From the NCBI GenBank assembly GCA_023245335.1, contig JAHFKK010000001.1, positions 17,918 through 81,917 on the forward strand: a DNA stretch of 64,000 bases, given 5' to 3'. Position numbers and translations under genes: made by a program. Origin of the DNA: Candidatus Gottesmanbacteria bacterium (GTDB lineage: Bacteria > Patescibacteriota > Microgenomatia > UBA10105 > UBA927). The notes beneath the pieces were generated by a model that did no database searches, had not been told where the DNA came from, and worked only from the letters and a program-made list of their open reading frames with translations. Below are positions 51,401-63,400 of the stretch, piece by piece. Within the stretch, counting starts at the first letter, position 1. Each line of letters begins with the position of its first letter.

Positions 51401-54400
51401 GCCGCCATCGTACGCGCTGTTGTAGAAACCACATCACTGGCGCCCGACTGCCGCAGGCGGGAATCAGAACGCAGGATATTGGTTATTCCATCTTCTATGC
51501 CTCGTTCCAAAATTTGTTGATCAACATTCTTATTCAATAATGACTGAATAAGCTGATTTAGCTGTGTTGTGTGACTATTTAATATACCTGTTATGATACT
51601 GCTCACTGCAGGCGGCTCTCCTATAGACTGTGGTAGTTGATGTCCATTTACTAATTCATTCGCCAATTGATCAATGGCTATCCTTTTCTGTTGCGCTTGT
51701 TGTGCTTGTTGACGCGCAAGCGTTTCTGCTTCTTGTATCCGGGATTGTTCGGTAATATTGCGAAGACGCGCGACTAACGGATCAGTAACCGCGCGAGTCA
51801 CTGAGTATTGCTTGCCCATCGCAGTTAACCCTTCGGTTACCGCTTCTTCGAGATCAATAAATAAACTATTTGAAGTTTTTGGAACTGGTTGTGGACTTCT
51901 CATTCCTCCACCGCCGGGCCCTGCTCCGCCGCCTCCCTCCGCCCCTGGGCTACCATCATCATGATGTATTACTTCGATATCCTTTCGATCAGACGGGGTA
52001 GGTCCGTTATTGGTAAATACCACCACCTCGCCCGTAAGTAGTTTTTGTGGTTTTGTTATATCAATTGGTGCGCTGCCAAGGTCGTCAAATGCATAATATT
52101 TTTCGGTAAACAACCCGTCATACACGACAACCCGGCCATCCTGAAGCTCAAAAAGTTTGTACCGCAGTGGCATTAATTGCGGCGAGGCAACAAACGGTGA
52201 TCCTGCAGGACTTTCCATGAGCGCCGTGTGTGCACTCTGCACATCTTGCTTACGCATCTCCCGCGCCTGTTCTCCATTTATGAGCCACACGGATCCACCA
52301 GCGAAGTAGGAATCACTGTTGAGAATTTCTATTTTTTTCGGTTTTGTATAGACTGCACCACTTGCCCCCACCACCGCGTATATACTTCTTCCCTGTGCTA
52401 ATACCATCCCGGACGTGAGATAACGTGTGGTTCCAGAAGTTAAATCAAACAAGAATGAATATCCCACATCGTCCACAGTGGTTGTGTACACATCAAAACC
52501 AACGTCCCAAAGAGGAATAAGAGACCTATTTGGTAACGCCCGGTGAAACTGTTTATCTACGGAACTGTATACATATATAACGGGCCTTTTAATAATTGTG
52601 TTTGAAAAAATAATCTGGTGCGGTTCATCCGGCTGAATCACAATAGGTCCATTAACCTCAACCCCATCAACCATAACTTTACTTCCTATAAGAAAACCGA
52701 GATGAATTCCACCTGGCTGTATCGTTTCGTATATGGCGGTTTCCGGAAGAAATACTGCATTCTGAGGAACGGAGGATACATCGGAAATACGGTTTTGAAT
52801 TATGGTCAATACCTGCTTACCAACCGCATCAGTGTCCAAGACACTTAATTGTCCATTGTCTCTTCCGATGTTAGAGTCGCTACCACCCAGACCGGCATCT
52901 TGGATATATCCGCGCATTCGGCCGTACCGATCTACGTCCTCTATCGAAAAATTATCCGATGGCAAACCCACATCCCTATCGGGTTCTTGCACGTCAGTGC
53001 TTATGGCTTTAAACACAATAAACAGGGTGTCGGGATGTCCATTCCAATCAGCGTGTCCAAAACCGTAAATAGGAGTCTGTAAATCTCTGAACTCCGATAA
53101 ATATTGGTAGATTAATAATTCGACATCATTACCGCCGGTGCCCGTAATTGTGTGGGTTATCTCTCTAAACTTAATAATATAATCGGTATTTTCTACACGA
53201 TATACATACGGACGCGAAGACAGAGGTATTAACCTATGCCCCGCGTAAGTTATTGTGTCTGTCGCCGTATCAGTTACCAGCGATGTACTTACGTCCGGAA
53301 TTGTTGGAATCCAGGGAGTCGTTGCTGTTTTTCGGTCAGCGTTCGTTCCTCCCTCTCCGCCTGCCCCCGTTCCTCCACCGTCCGGTTTTGCCCCACCACC
53401 TTCCCCGCCCTGTTTCGGCAAGCCAAAAAGATACTCCCCGATTGTATGGGTAAGGGCAGCAAGTTCTGTATCGGAAATACCCAGATGATCCGGGGCTTGC
53501 TCATTGGTTTCCAGCTGTTGTTTGAGCGTCTGGTAGAGAAATGCTTGGACTGTGGGAGTAACGGTGTTATCAACTTTGGCGTCAGAGAGGGGCGCGTCGA
53601 GGAATCTCTGTAATGTGTCGGCTTGTATGTCTCTCAATGACGTATTTTTTTCTAGTGCCTCTATCGCCTTTTGTGTCGCGGAAAGAGTCTTGGGGACATC
53701 GGTGATGTTGGCAGAACCGATGATCCGGATATAGACAGGTATACGCGTGAGAAACTGCTGTACGGCGACATCCGCGGGCGTTCCCTTCACGCGGACATAT
53801 ATCGAGGAAATGGTATCCCGGATTGCTTTTCCGGCATCCTGACTGCCGAGTCGCATGACGAGTGCGACCGGCGGAATGGTGCTGACGCCTGCCTCAGACA
53901 TCGCTTTCAGCGTCGTATTCACGACTTGTCTAATTTGGGATTGTTGTTCGTCGGTCTTTAGACCCGTCGTGTTTACGATAAGGGTAGTGATTTGACTGGA
54001 AACTGTGTTGGGGCGTTCAAAAAAATTGGCAGGTTTTGCGGGCGTCCGGAGCCATAGATAGTGAGAGATCTCCTGAACTAACGGCTGAAATTCATCAGAG
54101 AAGATGCCGTACCGCTCTTGCAGTGCCGCGAGTGTCTCGGGATTTGATACCTGTAAATTCGTCTCGGTCGGGAATATCTGTCGGAGAAGCTCCGTGGTGA
54201 TTGCGGCTTCGTGTGCCGCGAGAAAATCCGCCTCTTCTTGACTTGCCGGCCGCACCCATCCGTCGTTTGCCTTTTCCAACGCCTCTAGAGCCAATAATTC
54301 CTGCCGCACAAAAGTCGGCACCTGGTCCGTGTGATCAACTCCTACAAGGAGTATTGTCCTGGTATAAAAAGCGAGTAACGCCTGCTGTGCCGGAAGGTTA

Positions 54401-57400
54401 TTTGCCAGTTGAGTTCTCTGTGCCGTCATGCGCTGCAATGGATTTACATCGTTTTGCGGGATCAGATATCCGTTCATCTCGTCCACCGTCATGTCGCGGT
54501 GTATACCTAACTCATCGGCCAGAATCTGCGCATTCCATTGGAAATCATCCAGGGTTTGTAACTGCTCGGGAGATGCGTTTGGAATGGGTTTCGGTGTTTC
54601 CTTCCCTATCCGGATCGGTGTGAGGGCGAGTTGGTTTGTGGAAGTTATGTTTACTCGGGCGACAACATCGCGTCCCAAAAGAATCTGCGTTCCGTCTCGT
54701 AGTATTCTTCCTTCCACGGGGACAACTATCAAAGGAAAATCCTCCATGCCGGGATATACTATCTGCGTGCTCGTTCCCGGACTGAGTTCCGCGTCATCTA
54801 CCATCCATGTCTTCGATTCGAGGTTAAAGTATATTACCGCGTGTTTTCCCAATACCGTTGGGATGGTTGCAGGATCAAACTGTATCGCATTATCTACATC
54901 CGTACCCAAACTAATCCAACTGCTCTTAGTAAAATGTTCAGTCGGATAAAACACCCGAACAGTTCCCACATTTACTGCAGCCGCGGTTTTCCCCTTCCCC
55001 GTCCGGCGCCAGACCCGGAATGCATTATCAGGTTCTTCCTTCACAAATCCCGCTGCTTGGTAAAATGCATTGAGCCGGGCCGATAAATCGACGAGGTTGT
55101 CGCCTGCTTTATATCCCGCCGGAGACGGTATGACGCGTACTCCCACACTCCCGGTATTGAGATTTTTGGCGGCTTCCAATAGGCGGGTACCGATATTTAC
55201 CCCCTGATAACTAGGATCCACAAACAGTACGCTTATCTCATCCAAATCGCCCGTAGGAGAAGTCTGTACCGCGACAAATCCGGCAACCGCACCGTTATAT
55301 TCGTCTCTTGCGATAAGGATCGCAGCGTTATTGAGTGATGCCGCCAACGGGAGATTCGTGATACCAGGATTTTCTTTTTGAACGCGCGCAAGCATCCCGA
55401 CGACGTCATCCGCTGTCCCTTGTTGTACCGTCACATCGACCGCAGTAAACAAGTTACGAAGTGGCGTGACCATGTCCAAATATTGTTGATCAGTGATGCT
55501 CTCGTCTCTCTGTAAATTATCGACTTCACGACCCAATTGGTTCACCCGGATTTGTCTCGCTGCAGCGCGCTCGGTGGCCGCACTCTTCGTATTGCCTACG
55601 CCGGTATATGCTTCCGCGAGCATTTGGTGGATATACATCTGGGCCGCAGAAAAGATGAGCGGGTTACTGTCCGTACGCTTGCCGTATTCCGCATTTACTG
55701 CCGTGAGCGTCGTCGTCAGATCCTGTATTGCCTGATCAAATTCTCCGTTGGCAAGCCGTGCGTCAATTGCCGAAAATTGTCGGATGAGGCTTGCGACATA
55801 CTTTCCGCAGTCGTCACAATTTTGGTAATATTCGTCCGGTTGACCATCCGAAGTTTTGGGAAGTATGGCTGCCCGTTGCAGCATCGCAACGATGACTGCG
55901 GTCAAAAATGACGGCTGCGACGGGGACTCCGGGATGCTCGCCGGGAGGTAGATAACCGGGCTATCCTCCTCCGGCATCATTTGAGCTACCTCACGGATAA
56001 TGTTCGCTTCACGCTGGGCGGCTGGATTTTTCCTGAGTATTGCCTCAAGCGTTTTGAGGTCCTGGAGGCCTCGTTGATAGTTCGCGGTACCGGGCTTCAT
56101 TAACGCTGACTCAAGTGACGTAAGGAATTCATGCATATTCTCGGTAGGCCCGACGGGAATACCGACTTGCGCAAGTGCAGTTGTCGCCTCTTTGATTGCC
56201 GCTCTCGTCTCTTGAGTATTCTCGAAAGGTGCCTCCACAGTCTCTACCGCGTTCACGATCACGCGGCGTACGCTCTGCACAAAATCCGGGGATTCTATGT
56301 GCTTGTTTTCCGACGCCAACGTATCCCGCACCAACTCCAATGCGCCTAAAAGTTTCGTGGCTGCCTGCGTATCGGTTATGGCATCCACCTGGCCTGTTAC
56401 CTCAGGACGCGTGAGGGCAAGAAACACCGAGAACACAGTAGGGTTAGTTTCCGGTATCGTGACGCCGGCATTGGTAAACGCCCGGACGACCTGACCCGTG
56501 AGCGTCCGTAGGTCTGCTTCACTCATATCCCCGCGTACAATATGGCCATTTATTATCGCCATTTCCCGTACCACTTCGAGCATCACGCTTTTTATCTGAT
56601 TAATTGCCGCAAGCAGCTCAAGCGTCACTGCAGCCGTCGTTTGAGGAGTAACGATGATAGGGGCTGGGCTTTCTTCTTCCGCAGCAAATTCACTTATTGT
56701 TGTCGTATTGTCTACGCTTACCGGGACTAAATGCAGCTGCTTTTCCAGATTATCTATCTCGACAGTTAGACTTTGTAACACGGCAGTGATACGACCAAGG
56801 GTAAATACGCTCTGTGCATCCGATTTATCCGCAAGACTGAGTTGATAATCGGATAGTATCGACGCTAATTCCTGAGTGACCTCCAACTCACTTATTGGCT
56901 CCAAACCTTGTGTCAGCTGCCGTACTACCGGATCTATGTCGGCGGCTATCGCGGGGTCAAAAGTGGCGCTTCCCATATCCGCCACCAACTGTGCTGCTAT
57001 GGATAGCAACTGTTGAACGGGTCGTTGCGGCAATGGATTCACTTCATTTTGGATAAACGATCCCACTATGTTTGCCTCATACTCGGAAGAGGCAACTACT
57101 TCAACCGATGCAACATGAGACAACATCGGTGCCACTTCTGCTATTGCGCGATACGTTGCTGCTAGACTGTCCGAAATATCGACTCCGCCTTTTCCGGATC
57201 CCATAATCGGCAATGCTATCGTCTGAACCCCTGCAGCATCCGCCTCCAAAAGGGCATTCTTTATGCTCTGATAAATCGTATCGGTAGTCATAGGTATACG
57301 GCCCGCATAGGTTGTATCTGGAATGTAGCCTGTCGCTATAGCCTGAATAATGTATTTAATTTTTGTCTGAGAAAAACCCCGAGCTATCTGCACTACTGCA

Positions 57401-60400
57401 GAACCTATATCAAACGGCCCGTGATTTTCCACAAGCGCAACCGCGTCTACTTGAGCCAAACTGACTGAATTCGCTGGAACAAGCCGGAGATTTGCGTATG
57501 CCGGGTGATTTTGCCAATATGAGTCCGCTGACGAAACGACTCCGGATGCACGGCTTATTCTTCCTGCAGTGCCCGATACCATTGCTAAAAAGTTATTTGC
57601 AGAATTAACGACAGCGTCAACGTCAGCTTTACCTATATTTCCTACCGCTACACCGATCTCAATAGGCGTCCCGTTCTGACGGGACAGTGAATGACTCAAG
57701 CGAACGACAGGAATCTTTTCATCAACCAGTATTTCCCATGCAGTCCGAAGCGCATTTTCTTTATCTTTAAGGGTAACCCCAGCTGGCAGCCGTCCTTCAA
57801 TTCGGCTTGCTACCTCTGCATCAACAGCAACCTGGGGCGCGTTCTTCCAACTGTCTTCCGAAATAACCGCTTTATATGTTTCATATACATCGCGAATAAT
57901 TGGATTTGTTAACTTATTTTGTATCGCATTAGCTGTTACAGGACCCGTTGGGATTTCTGTATCAAGCGTCAAGAGCATAGGATCCTGTAAATACGTTTCT
58001 ATATCGTGGCGTTCGGTCAGCAAACTCTGTAACTGCGTTTCAATTTCCCGAATGACAAATTTCGCTTGCTCTATCTTTGAAGTTAAACTTTGATCAATAC
58101 TCTTTATTTGATTTCGTAGCGCAATGACACGGGCGTCAGCCTGATCAACACTCCCTTGTATGTCGGCAAGTTGCTCTTCGGCTCTCCGCAAATCAGCTTC
58201 TGCTTTTGCCTGTTGTTGTACGAGATCAGTTTCATTACTTTGAACCGCCGCCACGACCTGCGTTCCTTGCTTATCAATACGTAGAAGGCTCATATCCCGC
58301 TCTCTCCTAGCGAGGTAACTGAAATACGTTATTTGTTCTTGCTCAAACGCATTCCTTCCTGCAAAATTCATCCAACTTCCATGATCCTGTGAGCCACGAT
58401 TCAATCCCATCTCCTGATTCAGCCGGATGACCTCTTCTGCTACTTGATTATCATCCATTCGATCCAATCTGACCGTCGGTAGACTATCCAACACGTGTGC
58501 CCCCGTCAAATATTTACGCAAATACACATGGAAATCATCTTTCTTCTCACCCGAATTTTGCGGCCCGTTATATACTATCTTTCTCCCGTATTTTGATGAC
58601 AGTTCTTCGGCGATAATCGTACCTATGCCGACAAACCGCCTGGAAGCGCGGAGTGCATTGCTTTTGTCATGGAGAAAATATGCGGCAGACTCACCCATGT
58701 ATTCAAGTGCAGTTTTCCCAGTCGAAGCTACTAAAATCTGTATATTATTCTGATGAGCTAATGATTGAATTTGTGCAAATTCTGCTCGTTGCGCTACAAA
58801 CTCTGGCACGATCATTGCGGAAATCGCCTCGGTAGGAACAATGGCAGAGGTTTCTCGTACGGTCAGATCTGCATTCAGACCCCGTAATTTCGCCATTGCT
58901 CTTATGCGGTCTTCGTACGTCTTAAGCTCATCAGGACGAACGCCGATATTAAGCTGGGCCCCTTTGTTTGGATCTATCTGCGCTTTACCGAGCCAGTCCA
59001 ACGATCGCTGGCGGGTAGCTTCGACGAGCGCCTTTGTCCCACGACTCAGGACGTCATTGAACCCGCCCCAAAGAGCTTCCGCTTTGGATCTGCCATTCAC
59101 ACCGGAAAGATCCAATACGTTCCATGGATGTTTTATCCCGGGCTTCCACTTATCTGACGTACCCGGCATGGTTACCTGATCATCAAAAACCGTCGCATCC
59201 AAACCTTTGCCAATAAGCGTGATGAACCCATAATCAGATCCGATGCCACCGACTTTAAAATTCACTCCCCGTTTGTAGTCATATGAATAAATAATTTTGC
59301 TTGTAAGAATTCCAAGCAAAGACTGTAAGTCAGTTCTGTGTGTCGGTAACACCAATGAAAAAATATTTGTTTCTTTGTCGTTTCTGAAGCTCTCTTCACG
59401 ATAGACTCTGGCCATTTCACGATTATATGTATCAAGAGTTTGATACAAACTCCGTTCTCGCGAACTTTTTGTTTGATCACGAAGATCCACATAATATTCC
59501 CGTAAGGCTTCGTGACGCGCAGCTAACAAATCACTACTTGTAGAAGACGTGAGTAACGCGTTATTTTTCTTCACACCGGCTATATCCGCTCTGTTTAAGG
59601 CATATAAAGCATTTATGTCGTCTTCTGAAGTAATGGATTTAGCAAAATCCTGGACATATCTTCTCCATGCCGCATCTACTGATTCTCCCGGTTTGGCGCC
59701 AAACACCTCCCGAGCTTTTTGTTCATCGGAATAATTTTTATAGACAGCGATATTCCCTAACACTTCATGATACTGAACGAGGAAAAGAATACGTTGTTGC
59801 CGATCCGAAGATACACTAAGCTCATCAAGAATCGTTTTTGTGAGTCTGGTTGATTCTACTACGTGATTCGGCTCCCTCCCTCGTTTTTGCGGATCAAGTC
59901 CTAATCTATTGGCCTCCTGTGCTCCTACTTTACCGATATCATGAAGTTGAGCAGCCAGTATGAGATCTTCTGCGTTGTATCCCTCGGGGATAATTAAATT
60001 CCTTACGACCGCATCCGTGTGGCCTCCGATCGTAAAGTCGTGAAAACTATGTTGCGCCTCATCTTTAATTTGGGCCCAACGACGTGCGTACGTCGGGGAA
60101 GTATTCAAAGCCGCTTGAGCGGCTGCCACATCAGTATCGGTAACTGGTCGCGTTGTGGGGATATCAGACCGCGCTCTCAATCCGCACGATACACAATCAA
60201 TCCGCTCCTTTAGTTGGGATAACTGGCTCGTAAATGCGCTTACGAGTTGTGACAATCTTGATTTATCCTTCTCAAGGAGGGCCTTTTGATCCTGTAGAGC
60301 TTTTTGCTGATTCACTTCGCTCAAAAGATCTCGCTCTAATTGTTGTTTCTGATTTGAACGTATCACTTGAGCTTCAAAATCACTCTGCTGTGTCTTCAAC

Positions 60401-63400
60401 CGTTGTAGTTCCTGCTGAGCCCATGTTTGTTTTCCTTTCACGGTTCCGAGGTTATTTTGCTCTTGGACAAGTAATAATTGCCGTATATCTATGACCATCT
60501 CATTGACCTGACGTACATATCCGGCTACCACGACAACTGGCTGGCTCTCTAAAAGTTTTGCTGCAGAAAATGCTTCACGCAGATTCTCCTGCTGTTTCTG
60601 TCGGATTTCCTGCATGAGACCCTGAACGACTATTTGGGCATTTTGGACATTAACTCCGACGCTTCGGGTATCAGGCGTTATTCTTAACGGCTGGCTTGAT
60701 GTAACTGCGGGCTGTGATGGATTAGTACGGCTAACAGGTCCTACTGGCTGTACAACGGGCTGTGGTTGTTGAGGTTGAGCCAATCTCGGAGCAAGTGAGG
60801 TATTTAATTCGTCTATCACCGCCAATGTTGCGCCCACATTGGACAGATTGGCAATCGATGAGCGAATGAGGGTCAAAGCTTCTGTAATGCGTCGTGCCTG
60901 ATCAGAAGTCATTTGATCAATAGGCGTCTCTTGTAGCTCGACAAGCGCGACTTCTACATCACTCCGTTCCTTCTCTGTCACATTCACCTGCGGTTGTTCA
61001 AACGCCAACCGTATCTGCTGAACTTTTTGATTGAGATCCGGCAGTGACGCAGTCTGTTGCGGCTGAGCAGTATTTACCCGTAGCACGTTTCCAATTTGTG
61101 ACTGAAGTTGTTGGGATTGACCGTTGCGGAAATACAATCCTGCCCGGACGCCGTCATTTATTGCCGTTGCGATCCAGTTTACCCAAGCGGGCATCACAAA
61201 CAGGACGCGCTGGGTGACATATCTCCCCCACGCCGCGCCGTCTTGTCCCGCAGGGATCTGGAAAAAGTCAACGATTCCCTGCAGGGCCGGAACCGCCGCG
61301 ATAGCTTTGGCTGTCTCCAGGTAGGAAGCAGGATTGTTTCTATACCATACCGCCTGAACAAGATCGAATCCGAATACAACGGGCAAACGGATAAACCACG
61401 GAATCAGCGTACCCAGATTAAGTACGATACGACTCGTCGCATACCGGGTGGCTCCCCGTGCCCCACGGCCGAGCGGTCCCCGTGATATGTCGGCGAGCCC
61501 CGCTCCGAATGACTGCGACGGCGCTACTGCCGGCGCAGCGGTTACGGCCGGTGGTGAAACCGGTCGGGCGCCGGGGGGCACGGGCGTTACGCCGAGCACG
61601 ACATCTCCCTGCTTCACCCAACCGACTTTTTGCCCGTCGGCACGAACTACATACCACTGCGAGTTTGCAGGGTTACTGTCCGGAGACCATAACTGCAGTG
61701 TCGCGTCATCGGCCTGTGCCACCCCGTGTTCATCCGTATAGATGACCCGGACGACGGAATTGTTTTTCATTTCCTGCCCTGCGTAGAGCGTTACCGTGTT
61801 GACCCCCAATTGATTGGCCGACAGTGCTTGCGGCGTTGTTGTCGATTGCGTCCGTGGCTGTCCGTAGAAATTCACTTTTCGGAATACCTGATTCTTGACC
61901 ACCTGGCGATAAATATTGAAGACCTCGATGGCTCCGACCACGATCGGACGGACAAAAATACCGCCGGGGATAAATGATGCCGCATACATCGGCAGCCGTG
62001 CCGCGGCAAATCGTCCAAGGGTACCGGGAACATTTGCTTCGGTATTCAAGAATACCGTATCCCCCACGCCCTTCAAGAAGTCCGACACGCCGCGCAGGAA
62101 GTTCGTAAACGCGTCATGTCTAGTGGAATCAATAATTCTCGGCAAAGAAATCGGAGAAGATCCCGACGCGCGAAATGCGTACATAACACCCTCGACCACC
62201 GCATGTCCCCCGTCAAAGATCAACGAGATTATAGATCCTCCGAACATCCGCAGCGCCGTCCGGCCGACATATCGCCCCACCCCGCGCCAGCCCTGACCCC
62301 AGAAAAACGCGTCCCACGTGTCATGAAATCCTTGCGAGAACGTCGTCGTCTGCGGGTTTATCGGACCAGCCGGTTGAGCGGAAGGAATCGTCGCGGCAAT
62401 CGGTGTCGCCGGTTTATACGTCCACTTCCATTTCCATGGCGTATAGGTTGACAGTGAAAATATCGCTTTGTATCCGCCGCCATTCGTGAAACGGGTTACG
62501 TCGTTATGAATCATCGGCCCACCGACGATGCTTCCGATTATGGACGCGGTAACCGCCGCGGGACCTATGCCGAGCCCTATCAACCGCAGAACCCATGAAC
62601 CGGTTCCCAAAAGCGCAATCGGCGCGAGAAATACATGAAGCGCCGGTATGAGACCCACTATGACTCCTGCTATCGTAATGAGTGCCGGGATGACGATGAC
62701 GGCAAACGTGACAAGCGTGGGAACGATATAGAGTCCCACTGCAACAGCCCGCGATATGAGGAATCCAACGGTGTTATTTTTGAGTGTGGCATTTACAAGC
62801 GCATTCGGGATAAATCCAAACGTTCTTCCTTCCATACTCCAGTAGTCCGGCAACTCGTACCCATGGGTGTGAAGCGGCGACGCCCTGCCGGATACGTGCT
62901 CTACGTAGTGCTGCCATACACGGAATCCGTCCCAGTAAAGTAACGTGTGATTCCCGATCCGGCTAAAGACATAGGAAACGGTACTAAAAAACGCCGATAT
63001 GGGATTCCATTGCGGATCTCCTATCCCTAAAAATCTCGCGTTCGCGATGTCTTCCACAAATCCTTTATCACTGCCCGCCAAAATATTTTTGAGTGTTTGT
63101 ACCGGTTGTCCGGAGGTATCTTTCGTCAAAAAGTCCGTATACTTGGTCGCGATAAAGCGCACCAACGGTAGGAAAAGCTTCTGAACGGGATGCGTGGCGC
63201 TATTTCTGGCCATACTGTCTGCGACCGTCTGAAAATCAAGTAACATGAGGTTTTGGAACCATACGGCTCGTGCCAATCTATACGGGATGGCTTCGGCGAC
63301 AATCCGGACCAAATCAATGCCGGCTATGGTAAGCGTCACGGGAAGTCCCGCGCCGGGAATAGCAAGCGGCGCTGCATACCGAAGAACCGCACTGACAATA

